Positions 27,991 through 37,216 of a DNA stretch of 60,586 nucleotides are shown here, piece after piece. The stretch comes from Candidatus Microgenomatus sp. (GTDB lineage: Bacteria; Patescibacteriota; Microgenomatia; UBA1400; PJMF01), in the NCBI GenBank assembly GCA_020724725.1, contig DYGL01000001.1, positions 1 to 60,586 on the forward strand. Reading direction: 5' to 3'. The notes below the pieces were generated by a model that ran no database searches, was not told where the DNA came from, and worked only from the letters and a program-made list of their open reading frames with translations. The translations under genes were made by a program, and so were the position numbers. Numbering within the stretch: position 1 is the stretch's first letter; each line of letters opens with the position of its first letter.

Positions 27991-28625
27991 AATTTATCTA
28001 TCTCAATCGCTTCTAAATTTAGACTTTTAGATAAAGGTGCGAGTAAAGTTTTGTCTGGAAAATTATTATTAAAAAAATAGAAGCAATCCGGTTGTTTAAA
28101 TTCAAACTTCAGTTTAGCCTTTTGCCAAAAATCATGGCTTGCCAAAAGCAAATTTCTGATCAAGACCTTTTCGTAAGCCAAGAGCTTATCCTGATCAAAA
28201 AGACTAAGTTCGACACAATCATTAAATAAATTAACAATCAGCTTTGTTTTAGAAAAATTTCTCTTTTGTATAAGATAAAAATTGTAAAAAAAGTGGCGAT
28301 CAACAAAAGAAACTTGCTTGAGAAATGGCGACACCGCTTTAATCGCTTTTTTTTCCAAATCACTGGTTTCCGGAGCCAATAAAAAAACCAGACTATAGTG
28401 TTCTAGCTCAAAAGCTTTAAGATTTTTGTGAAGCAGTTGTTCAAAAAGAACTTCATCGGCCAATAAATTTTCTTGGCAAAGCTTAGTGTTTAAAACTTTT
28501 TTAAGCAAAGTTAGGTTGGAAAAATCGATTGAAGATAGATCCTGAAGATCTTTGGCTAAATAAAAAAACAAGCCACTGCTATTTAGATCAAGCAAAAGAA
28601 GATGTTGGTAAGCAAAAAAATTCAT
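27984..28625 (-). CDS. hypothetical protein in the mreB position
   Basis: 213 aa. Weak actin-fold-like strand patterns only (LLLDLNSSG, LVFLLAPETSDLEKKAI, IVNLFNDCVELSLF). Confidence 0.4.
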   Translation of the reverse strand: MNFFAYQHLLLLDLNSSGLFFYLAKDLQDLSSIDFSNLTLLKKVLNTKLCQENLLADEVLFEQLLHKNLKAFELEHYSLVFLLAPETSDLEKKAIKAVSPFLKQVSFVDRHFFYNFYLIQKRNFSKTKLIVNLFNDCVELSLFDQDKLLAYEKVLIRNLLLASHDFWQKAKLKFEFKQPDCFYFFNNNFPDKTLLAPLSKSLNLEAIEIDKLC

Positions 28626-28656
28626 GGTTAGACTTGTTTCAAGTCTACCGCAGTCA

Positions 28657-29769
28657 CTAGCTATTAAGCAAGTTAGCTGCTTGGCGCCATAGGTTGCGAC
28701 TAATCAAGCCTTCGGCTTGTTTAACCTTGGCTAGGGTTGCTTCATCAGCTCCCTCTTTCATTTTACTCAAACGCTCGCCCATCATTTCCGATTTAAGCTC
28801 CAGAGCTTTTTCGTACAAAACTTCGTCCAAGTCTGGAATAATTTTTTCCAAATAAACAATCAAGTCTTCTTTTTTCTGGTTCTCATCGCTAGCTGAATCA
28901 AGAATTTCTCTAGCCTTGACATATTCTTCACTGGTCAGCAACAATTCTAAATCATGAACGACAAAATCATCCCAAATCATACTCTCCAGTTCATCTAAAA
29001 ATTGATTTTTCTCTTCATCACTAATTTTAGCTAAACCAAGCATCTCAAAGATATTTTGGGCACGAAGTTCTTCTGATTCATCACTATTTTCTAAGCTCTT
29101 TTCCTCAGCAGGCTCTGGAGCCAAAATTGCTTCGGTGGCGGCTTCTTGATCTTCAACCAAATTCTGACTTGGAGCGCGATTTTTTCTAAAATCATCTGCC
29201 GAGTCCGAAACCAGAGTTGACTCTTCTAAAGATGGAGTTGTTGGAGCTGGATCAGGAGGCACAACAGAATCACCTTGAGGATTTTCTGCCTTGGCAGCTT
29301 TGATCTTGGCTGATTCCTCATCAATCTTTTTTTCCAAATCATCTAAGAAAGCATCAAAATCAAATTTTTCCTCTTCTTCAGAGGGAGAAGTTTCTACTTT
29401 GTCTGGCACATCCATTGTTGGTGCTAAAGGTTGAACTACTGGAGGCTCAGTCGCTGGTGGCTCAACTACCAAAGGCTCAACCATTGGCGATTCAACTGGT
29501 TCACTTTTTACTTCACTAGGAGCGACAGCTTGACTTTCCAAATTTTTAGAAAGCTCATCTAATTCAGCTAAAAGACGATCGATCTCAGCGGCATTATTCT
29601 TGGTGTTATCCTCAACCTTTTGCATGGTAGCCTGCACTGCTTGATTAATCTGCTCATTTTGATCAGGGACGGTGTCAGAAACTACCACGGGAGGTGTTGA
29701 ATTATCAGTTGCTTGAATTGGTGCAGCAGGCTGACTTTGATTGACAAAGTCATCTTGTATCTGGATCAT
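28657..29769 (-). CDS. hypothetical acidic Pro/Glu-rich protein
   Basis: 370 aa with a low-complexity PxxP/E-rich centre and a helical C-terminal domain. Confidence 0.5.
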   Translation of the reverse strand: MIQIQDDFVNQSQPAAPIQATDNSTPPVVVSDTVPDQNEQINQAVQATMQKVEDNTKNNAAEIDRLLAELDELSKNLESQAVAPSEVKSEPVESPMVEPLVVEPPATEPPVVQPLAPTMDVPDKVETSPSEEEEKFDFDAFLDDLEKKIDEESAKIKAAKAENPQGDSVVPPDPAPTTPSLEESTLVSDSADDFRKNRAPSQNLVEDQEAATEAILAPEPAEEKSLENSDESEELRAQNIFEMLGLAKISDEEKNQFLDELESMIWDDFVVHDLELLLTSEEYVKAREILDSASDENQKKEDLIVYLEKIIPDLDEVLYEKALELKSEMMGERLSKMKEGADEATLAKVKQAEGLISRNLWRQAANLLNS

Positions 29770-29846
29770 AGGCAGGTTTCCATCTAATATAGATTACTGT
29801 ACAATTCCAATTTAGCACAAGCAAAATAAAAAAATAAGTATTGGTT

Positions 29847-31949
29847 ATGTCTAATCGTTCAAGTCTTGCTCATTTTCTCCAACAAGCAATTTTTATCGCT
29901 TTTAATCTTTTGTTTTTTATGACTCCTTTCATCTTCACTTGGATGAATCAGGAATTGTTTGAGTTTAGCAAAATGCTTTTCGTTTATGCCTTTGCTGTCA
30001 TAATTCTAGGCTTATGGTCGCTACGCATGGCGGTAGAACAAAAAATTATCTTCAAGAGAAGTCCCTTGGATTACTTTCTATTAATTTTTCTCTTATCTCA
30101 AGTCATTTCTACAGTTTTTTCACTACACCCCCGCACTTCTTGGTTTGGCTATTACACTCGCTTTAATGGCGGATTACTTTCAACTTTAAGCTACATCTCC
30201 ATTTTTTACGCCATGATTGCCAACCTCAAAAAAACTCAAGTTCAAGGCATCATTTCTAGTCTGTTGCTCTCGATGTTACTTGTCAGTTTGTATGCCATTC
30301 CTGAACACTTTGGTCATTCTCCGAGCTGTTGGCTGATTACTCAAAAATTCGATGTCGCTTGTTGGGTTCAAGATGTCCAGAATCGAGTCTTTGCCACTTT
30401 TGGTCAGCCAAATTGGCTAGCCACTTTTCTTATCACTCTTATTCCTCTCAATGTCGATTATTTGCTTAGAGAGAAAAAATGGCTCAATCGGCTTTATTTG
30501 CTTCTTGTTTTATTAAGTAGTGTCAGCGCACTTTTGTTTAGCAAGTCTAGATCAGGACTTTTAGGTCTGGCCCTGGGTTTAAGTTTTTATGGAATAGCTA
30601 AGCTTTGGAAAAGCAAAAAAAATAGATTCCTACAATTCAAAAAGTTAAGTATAGTCGCTAGCTTAATTACTCTACTGATCATTCTCATCGGCACACCCTA
30701 CACCCCCAATTTTAAAGAGTTATTAAGCGGTCAAAGCAAAATTTTACTTTCACCAGCTCCTGCTCCAGAAATCCAAGTTGGTGGCACACCTTCTGAAGAA
30801 ATTAGAAAGATTGTTTGGCAAGGTGCAGTTAAAGTCTGGCAACGTTACCCTATTTTTGGTTCTGGAGTGGAAACTTTTGCTTATAGTTACTACTTGGATC
30901 GACCAGTAGCTCATAATCTAGTTTCTGAGTGGGATTTTCTTTACAACAAAGCTCATAACGAGCTACTAAACTTATTGGCTAACACCGGTCTGGTTGGTTT
31001 GCTTAGCTACCTCACTCTACTTGGAGCTGCTTTTTACTTAGGCAGAAAGTCAGTTGCCATCTTAGCTGGCCTTATGGCCATGTTTGTGGCAAACTTCTTC
31101 GGCTTCTCTACGGTGATGAGTAATTTGTTGTTATTTGGCTTTATGGCGATAATTGTCTTACAAAATCAAGACCAGAAAAAGCAAAGTTTTAATAAAAATG
31201 ATGACATTAAAAAGATTGATAATAAAGAAAATATTGATAATAAAGAGTATTATATTTACTCTACAATTGTGCTAGCTACTCTTATTTTATTGGGTAGAGT
31301 TCATGCCATTTGGCAAGCTGATTACCTGTTCACCAAAGGTCAAAATGCTTTTACTCAAGGTAATTATCAAGTGGGTTTGCCACTGATCCAAGAAGCAATT
31401 TTAAAATCACCCAAAGAAGCCTTTTTCTATGATGAGTTAGCCGACAACTATGCTCAACTTAGTATTGCTTACGCTAATGAAAAACAAAGCACCGCCAGCT
31501 CACAATTAGCCCAGAGTGCTATCGAAAGCAACCGCAAGGCCATTGAGTTAAACGGCGCTCATTTAAATTTTTATAAAAGCCAAGCTCGTATCTACATTCG
31601 CTTGGGTCAACTCGATCAAAGATTATATTCTTACGCCAAGCAAGCTCTGGAAAAAGCCATTAGCCTCTCACCTACCGATGCCAAACTTTACTACAATTTA
31701 GCCTTGGTCTTGGAAATCATGGGGCAAAACGAGGAAGCTCTAGCAAAAATGGAATACGCAGTGCAAATCAAAAGCAATTATCTACAAGCTAGAGGTGAGC
31801 TGGCGAGAATGTATTTCACCAGAAATGAGCTAGAAAAAGCCAAAGAACAATATATTTACAGTTTAGAAAAAATTGCGCCAAATGACGAACTGGTCAAAGA
31901 AAAACTCAAGATTGTAGAAGCTAGTCTAAGCGCTCAAAGACAGAAATAA
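29847..31949 (+). CDS. O-antigen ligase/polymerase-like membrane protein with C-terminal TPR repeats
   Basis: At least 10 predicted TM helices with a Wzy_C-like loop region; the C-terminal ~230 aa is TPR-like (AxxYxxLAxxY repeats). Confidence 0.65.
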   Translation: MSNRSSLAHFLQQAIFIAFNLLFFMTPFIFTWMNQELFEFSKMLFVYAFAVIILGLWSLRMAVEQKIIFKRSPLDYFLLIFLLSQVISTVFSLHPRTSWFGYYTRFNGGLLSTLSYISIFYAMIANLKKTQVQGIISSLLLSMLLVSLYAIPEHFGHSPSCWLITQKFDVACWVQDVQNRVFATFGQPNWLATFLITLIPLNVDYLLREKKWLNRLYLLLVLLSSVSALLFSKSRSGLLGLALGLSFYGIAKLWKSKKNRFLQFKKLSIVASLITLLIILIGTPYTPNFKELLSGQSKILLSPAPAPEIQVGGTPSEEIRKIVWQGAVKVWQRYPIFGSGVETFAYSYYLDRPVAHNLVSEWDFLYNKAHNELLNLLANTGLVGLLSYLTLLGAAFYLGRKSVAILAGLMAMFVANFFGFSTVMSNLLLFGFMAIIVLQNQDQKKQSFNKNDDIKKIDNKENIDNKEYYIYSTIVLATLILLGRVHAIWQADYLFTKGQNAFTQGNYQVGLPLIQEAILKSPKEAFFYDELADNYAQLSIAYANEKQSTASSQLAQSAIESNRKAIELNGAHLNFYKSQARIYIRLGQLDQRLYSYAKQALEKAISLSPTDAKLYYNLALVLEIMGQNEEALAKMEYAVQIKSNYLQARGELARMYFTRNELEKAKEQYIYSLEKIAPNDELVKEKLKIVEASLSAQRQK

Positions 31950-31950
31950 G

Positions 31951-32772
31951 ATGCAAAAATACCTCTTAAGTAGTGACGGGGTAAAAATCAATTACGAAGT
32001 TTACGGCTCCAGCAAAGCCAAAAAAAATTTAGTTTTTATTCACGGTTTTGGCGGTTGTCTCAAAGCTTTTACTCCCCTGATTTTAAGCCTACAAAAATCA
32101 AATTATCAAATCATTAACATAGATCTACGTTCTCATGGCCAATCAGAAAGACCAAAAAATGGCGCCCAGTATAAAATTGATTATTTTATAAATGATCTTG
32201 TCGAAATTTTAAAAAAAGAAAAAGTTGAACAAGCAACGATTATTGGTCATTGTTTTGGTGGCATACTTGCCTTGATCCTTGGAGCTCACCATCCGCAACT
32301 CGTAAAATCAATAATTTTAATCAACTCTTCCTACAAAGCTCCAAACTTTTCCAAGTTGGTTTATAACTACTTTCCTCTCAAGGGAATTATCTTCTTTCTA
32401 CTGAGATTTTTTCCCAATCTTTACATCAAAAGATACCCCGCCTATGAAAAATACGAGCGAAGTGGAGATTTTAACGTTATGAGAATTGGTTCAGACGTTC
32501 TTCATACTTCACCCAAAAGTTATCTCTATATTGTCCGAGAAATTGCTAAATTAGATTTAGCTAGTGAATTGCCAAAAATTAAACAAAATGTGCTTTTGAT
32601 CCATGGCGATAAAGATCATGTTTTTAACTTAAAAGGCACTTTTGAACTTAAAAGCAAGCTACAAAATGCCAAATTAGAGATTATCAAAGACGCCAACCAC
32701 TTAATTGTTTTGGGACAAAGACAAAAATTATTGCAAATTCTTGAAGAAAACATTAGGCAAAAATTCATCTAA
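31951..32772 (+). CDS. alpha/beta hydrolase (Cys in the nucleophile elbow)
   Basis: HGFGG oxyanion region, a nucleophile elbow GHCFGG, and late GDKD and NH motifs. Confidence 0.75.
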   Translation: MQKYLLSSDGVKINYEVYGSSKAKKNLVFIHGFGGCLKAFTPLILSLQKSNYQIINIDLRSHGQSERPKNGAQYKIDYFINDLVEILKKEKVEQATIIGHCFGGILALILGAHHPQLVKSIILINSSYKAPNFSKLVYNYFPLKGIIFFLLRFFPNLYIKRYPAYEKYERSGDFNVMRIGSDVLHTSPKSYLYIVREIAKLDLASELPKIKQNVLLIHGDKDHVFNLKGTFELKSKLQNAKLEIIKDANHLIVLGQRQKLLQILEENIRQKFI

Positions 32773-32811
32773 ATTCCTTCTGTTATATAATAAGCAGGTT
32801 ATTCTAAAAAA

Positions 32812-33414
32812 ATGAAAATTATTATCGCTCCAAACCAAGTTTTACGCCAAAAAGCCAAAGAGGTTGAAGTTTTTGATAAAAAATTCTTTACTTTCGCCAA
32901 AGAACTCGCTCAAACTTTAATTGAAAAAGAAAATCCTCGTGGTGTTGGTTTAGCAGCCCCTCAAGTTAATAAGTCTTGGCGGGTTTTTGTAGCTGTTCTC
33001 GGAGAAAAAAACCAAGAGAGCGATCGACCAACTTTAGAATTTTTTATTAATCCTCGCTTCACCAAATTAAGCAACAAAAAAATTCTAGGCGCCATGGATG
33101 GTTCAGAGCGCTTTGAGGGTTGCTTGTCGATTCCTCTTTTGTATGGACCGGTGCCAAGACACGAATGGGTGGAAGTAGAATATCAAAGCTTGGATTACAA
33201 AGAGTTGCAAAAAAAAGGTCAGGCTCAAATTGTCAGCAAAATGGCTCGCCTAACTGATTTTGACGCCAGAATTGTCCAACACGAATATGATCATTTGGAG
33301 GGTGTTTTGTTTACTGATTATAGTCTGCAAAATAATTTACCCATCTACATCACCAACAAAGAAGGTCAATGGGTAGAAGTAGAAAACAAAAAAGAAGTTT
33401 TAAAAGCCCTATAA
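32812..33414 (+). CDS. def: peptide deformylase
   Basis: The three canonical motifs are present: GVGLAAPQV, EGCLS and HEYDHLEG. Confidence 0.9.
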   Translation: MKIIIAPNQVLRQKAKEVEVFDKKFFTFAKELAQTLIEKENPRGVGLAAPQVNKSWRVFVAVLGEKNQESDRPTLEFFINPRFTKLSNKKILGAMDGSERFEGCLSIPLLYGPVPRHEWVEVEYQSLDYKELQKKGQAQIVSKMARLTDFDARIVQHEYDHLEGVLFTDYSLQNNLPIYITNKEGQWVEVENKKEVLKAL

Positions 33415-33425
33415 ACTGATTCAAA

Positions 33426-34415
33426 ATGCCATATCAAATCGCCATTGCTGGCTCAACCCACTACACCGTGCAAATGGCTCAAGCCTTGGCCAATGACTCT
33501 CGTTTTGAGCTTGCTTTTACTCTCTCTCCAGAACCAAAGACTATTGGTCGTCAGCAAATTCTGACCAAAAATCCTCTCCACCAATGGTCGCTAGAAAAAA
33601 ACTTAGCTCACTTGCTGGTTGAAAAAAAAATTGACGACAACTTGCACCAAAAGATTAAAACTTTAAATAAAAAAATAGATTTTTTGCTAGTGGTCGACTT
33701 TGGCTACTTAGTGCCTCAATGGTTGTTGGATTTGCCCCAAATCGCTCCTCTCAACATCCACCCTTCCCTATTACCAAAGTGGCGCGGTAGTTCCCCTGGT
33801 CAATTTGCTTTGCTGATGCAAAATTTGATGGAAAACGGTCAAAAATCAGCAGTTACTCTCATGGTCATGAATGCTGGTCTTGATCAGGGACCAATCATCT
33901 CTCAACTACCCTTCACTATCGATTCCGCTTGGACTCAAACTGAGTACTATCAAACAGCTTTTAACTTAATCGCGGCGCAATTGGGGGATTTGGTTTCTAG
34001 TTTTGCGGAGGGCAAAATCAAGTCTCAAGCTCAACCCTTAGAAAGTCCTACTCTCATTGCTCGTCGTTTAAATAAGGAAGATAGCTTTATTGCTTGGCAG
34101 GATTTACAGATACTTATGGATATAAAGGCTGAAAAAATCAAAGCTCAAACCAATTGTTTTGGTCTACTCTACGACTTACTAAGCAATCCAGAAATTTGTC
34201 CCACTCGTCTCGCTCAAATTAAGCTTGTGACAAATGCCAGTCACGCTTTTAATCCTTGGCCCATGTTATGGACTATTGTTCAAACCAGTAAAGGCGAAAA
34301 AAGAATGAAAATTCTGGCAAGTCAGGGTCAAGGCGAACAACTACTTCTAACTAAAGTGCAAATTGAGGGCAAAAACCCCTGCTCCTTTAATGAGTGTAAA
34401 AACTCTATTCTTTAA
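33426..34415 (+). CDS. fmt: methionyl-tRNA formyltransferase
   Basis: Motifs NIHPSLLPKWRGSSP and GLDQGPI. Follows def. Confidence 0.85.
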   Translation: MPYQIAIAGSTHYTVQMAQALANDSRFELAFTLSPEPKTIGRQQILTKNPLHQWSLEKNLAHLLVEKKIDDNLHQKIKTLNKKIDFLLVVDFGYLVPQWLLDLPQIAPLNIHPSLLPKWRGSSPGQFALLMQNLMENGQKSAVTLMVMNAGLDQGPIISQLPFTIDSAWTQTEYYQTAFNLIAAQLGDLVSSFAEGKIKSQAQPLESPTLIARRLNKEDSFIAWQDLQILMDIKAEKIKAQTNCFGLLYDLLSNPEICPTRLAQIKLVTNASHAFNPWPMLWTIVQTSKGEKRMKILASQGQGEQLLLTKVQIEGKNPCSFNECKNSIL

Positions 34416-34428
34416 AAATTTAGAAAAA

Positions 34429-34641
34429 TTAAACAGCCTTTTTGAAATGAGTGGTGAGACCCAATTTCTTGAGTTGTTTGAGGACTCTGCTGGGGACTTT
34501 AACCTTTTTCTTGACACCATCAATCATGACGGTAGCAGCGTGTAAGTTGTATTTGAAACCCTTCTTGGTGCGATTCTTGGCATGAGAAACATTGTTGCCA
34601 ATGTGAGCGACTTGAGAGTATTTGTGCAAATTGATTTTCAT
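34429..34641 (-). CDS. rpmB: 50S ribosomal protein L28
   Basis: GNNVSHAKNRTKKGFKYNLH matches the L28 core (GNN.SHA.N.TKR.F.PNL). The start is uncertain (34641 or 34662). Confidence 0.75.
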   Translation of the reverse strand: MKINLHKYSQVAHIGNNVSHAKNRTKKGFKYNLHAATVMIDGVKKKVKVPSRVLKQLKKLGLTTHFKKAV

Positions 34642-34727
34642 AATGAAGAGTGATTTTATCACATGATCTAAAAAAAATGTAGATCAAGCTTTAAAAAATT
34701 CCTTTCCTCACCTATAATCAGCTCACT

Positions 34728-35345
34728 ATGCTCGATTTACTTTTTGCGAGTCCGATTGCCTTCCTGATTTTTATCACTGGTCTGCTCTTATCAATTGCTA
34801 TTCATGAATTTACTCATTGCTACGTGACAGATAAATTAGGCGATCCCACTCCCCGCATCAAGGGTCGCTTGACTCTCAATCCTCTAGCCCACCTTGATCC
34901 AATTGGAACTGCAGCTATTATTTTGACTGGTTTTGGTTGGGGTAAAGCTGCTCCCTATGATCCCTATAATCTCAAAAGTCCCGTTCGCGATGCAGCTTTG
35001 ATTGCTGCTGCTGGACCATTGAGTAATATTTTAATTGCCACTCTCTTGGCAATTTTGCTCAGATTTAACATAGGTGGCGATTTTGTGGCCCTTTTTTCGA
35101 TGCAATTGATTTTTATCAATCTTGCTTTGGCAATTTTTAATCTCATTCCTATTCATCCTCTGGATGGTGGCAAAATTATGCGCGCTCTTTTACCTCACCA
35201 AGCTAGCCTAGAATATGAGGATATTATGGAGCGTTACGGCACGATGATTTTGATTATGATGATCTTCCCTTGGGCTGGTGGGCGCTCAGCCGTCAGCGCT
35301 TTGCTGAGTCCTGTGCTAGATGTTTTGATGAGACTTTTCGTCTGA
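34728..35345 (+). CDS. site-2 protease family (peptidase M50) membrane protein
   Basis: HEFTHC (HExxH), NLIPIHPLDGGKI, multiple TM helices. Confidence 0.8.
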   Translation: MLDLLFASPIAFLIFITGLLLSIAIHEFTHCYVTDKLGDPTPRIKGRLTLNPLAHLDPIGTAAIILTGFGWGKAAPYDPYNLKSPVRDAALIAAAGPLSNILIATLLAILLRFNIGGDFVALFSMQLIFINLALAIFNLIPIHPLDGGKIMRALLPHQASLEYEDIMERYGTMILIMMIFPWAGGRSAVSALLSPVLDVLMRLFV

Positions 35346-35347
35346 GG

Positions 35348-35887
35348 TTAAATTTCAAATCGAAAAAATTCACCTTTTTGTAGCCAGCCAGCTTCTTTAG
35401 TTTCTGGCAAATGCTTGTCTTCACTTAGTTCTAAACTGTGTAGATGAGCATAGAGAGTTTGCAAAGGATCGCCGTGGCTACAAATAATAACTCGCTCATC
35501 TTTTTGCAACTGAGGCAATAAATCCTGATAAAAGTCTACCATGCGTTTTTGAATATCAAGAATTCCTTCACCGCCCAACTCTCCGTTGTGAGCAAAAAAG
35601 TTTTGCCAGCTCTCTCTGACCCAATAGCCTTGATAAGCAGAGAGCGTTTCTAACAGGCGTTGATCAAAAAACACTGGAATTTGTCCATTGGCAATAATTT
35701 CCGCAGTTTGGAGACAGCGCAAAACCGCGCTACTGTAAATTTTGCTAATTTTCTCTTTGGCAAAAAATTCTTGTAACTCTTTGGCCTTCTTGCGACCTGC
35801 GGCCGACAGCTCAACTGGTAAACGCCCAGGCAGAATTTGACGAGGATTGTCGTAATCACAGTGGCGAAGGAGATAAATGGTGGGCAT
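35348..35887 (-). CDS. histidine phosphatase (phosphoglycerate mutase) family protein
   Basis: N-terminal LLRHCD (RHG-type motif) and a late SHG motif (CSHGDP). Confidence 0.75.
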   Translation of the reverse strand: MPTIYLLRHCDYDNPRQILPGRLPVELSAAGRKKAKELQEFFAKEKISKIYSSAVLRCLQTAEIIANGQIPVFFDQRLLETLSAYQGYWVRESWQNFFAHNGELGGEGILDIQKRMVDFYQDLLPQLQKDERVIICSHGDPLQTLYAHLHSLELSEDKHLPETKEAGWLQKGEFFRFEI

Positions 35888-35890
35888 ATT

Positions 35891-36778
35891 TTAAAGTTTA
35901 TTTATTTTTCTAACTTGTTGTTGACCCATGCCAACAAAAACATTTTTGAGTAATTGTTCAACTTGTTTTTGCAAACCCAAGTCTTGTTTGGCTAGGGATT
36001 GCCAAGATTGATACTTTTCTTGCAAATGCTGATCGCGGTAATTTTCCGAGAGATTTTTAGTTAATTCTTTGAGCAAAAACATTCTCAATTCAGAGTGATT
36101 CTTGAGAGACTTAAGCAGAATGTCTAAGCAACCAGCAGTTTGTATAAAATCCTTGGCTGTTACCGCACGACCAAGCATTCTAGCGCTAACAGTAATAAGC
36201 TGATTTGCATCCATTTTTTCACTTGCTGGACCGAAGCTATGTAAAAAATCTACATAGGCTTGTTTAGCTTGAGGATAAGGGGCTTCTTCACATAAGAAAA
36301 TTAGGCTAAAGCGCTCGCCACGTTTTTCGTCACTAATTTGACCCAATAAATGTTGTAAACCCGCTGCGAAATCAGCAACTTCTTCGTCTGGAAAAATCTG
36401 TGCAATAATTCTCGATAAATGCAGAACATCACGAAGACAAATTAACTGTGCTGATTCAGAGCCTAAGGTAGCTTCAAAATAATCACCTCTTAGACTTGCT
36501 TCTTCCATCCGATCAGCTAAAGGAAAATGCTGGAGAGCTGTCGCTAAACTCAACTCTAAACCTTCCTGAGCTTGTTCCCAATTCTCACTGTGTTTAACAG
36601 CGGCCGTAGCTGTCACCAAAGTGGAACGGGAATACTCAGCGTGCGCAACGGCTCTTGTGAAATCAGTGAAATTACTGGTGTCAATGCCATCAAGCTCATT
36701 TTTGGCCAATTTAGCCGCTTTGTTTGAATCACCTTGTAAGTGGATATCCCAGATTTCTTTTGGAGAAAGACTTGGCAT
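35891..36778 (-). CDS. hypothetical all-alpha protein
   Basis: 295-aa ORF with no recognised motif. Confidence 0.5.
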   Translation of the reverse strand: MPSLSPKEIWDIHLQGDSNKAAKLAKNELDGIDTSNFTDFTRAVAHAEYSRSTLVTATAAVKHSENWEQAQEGLELSLATALQHFPLADRMEEASLRGDYFEATLGSESAQLICLRDVLHLSRIIAQIFPDEEVADFAAGLQHLLGQISDEKRGERFSLIFLCEEAPYPQAKQAYVDFLHSFGPASEKMDANQLITVSARMLGRAVTAKDFIQTAGCLDILLKSLKNHSELRMFLLKELTKNLSENYRDQHLQEKYQSWQSLAKQDLGLQKQVEQLLKNVFVGMGQQQVRKINKL

Positions 36779-36815
36779 GAATTTGATTATACATGGTCAG
36801 TTATAATCAAAGCCA

Positions 36816-37037
36816 ATGAATAAAAAGCTCCAACTTGGTGTCTACCAACACTACAAAGGTAATAAATATTTGGTTCTCGGCACTGCCAAGCACAGCGAAA
36901 CTCTAGAAGAGCTGGTGCTCTACACCACTCTTTATGAGAATAAAGAATCTGCCCTCTGGGTCAGGCCATTGGAAATGTTTCTAGAAAATGTAGTGGTGAA
37001 TGGAAAAAAAGTGGAGAGGTTTAGGAAGGTGGAGTAA
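36816..37037 (+). CDS. DUF1653-family protein
   Basis: Motifs YQHYKGNKYLVLG...HSETLEELVLY...WVRPLEMF. Confidence 0.7.
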   Translation: MNKKLQLGVYQHYKGNKYLVLGTAKHSETLEELVLYTTLYENKESALWVRPLEMFLENVVVNGKKVERFRKVE

Positions 37038-37071
37038 AGAAATCACAATAACGTGTGATTTCTCATTTCTG

Positions 37072-37142
37072 CAGGGCGGGAAGGAATCGAACCCTCATCA
37101 AAGGTTTTGGAGACCTCTATTCTACCGTTGAACTACCGCCCT
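37072..37142 (-). tRNA. tRNA-Trp (anticodon CCA)
   Basis: Hand-folded cloverleaf: acceptor AGGGCGG/CCGCCCT, anticodon arm GAGGT-CTCCAAA-ACCTT, T arm GAGGG-TTCGATT-CCTTC. 71 nt, no encoded CCA. Confidence 0.85.
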
Positions 37143-37216
37143 TTGTTAATTTAATTTCGAAGGCAATTATAATCGACTTATCGTAAATAGCCAAGCAACC
37201 TGCTACACTAAAAAGC

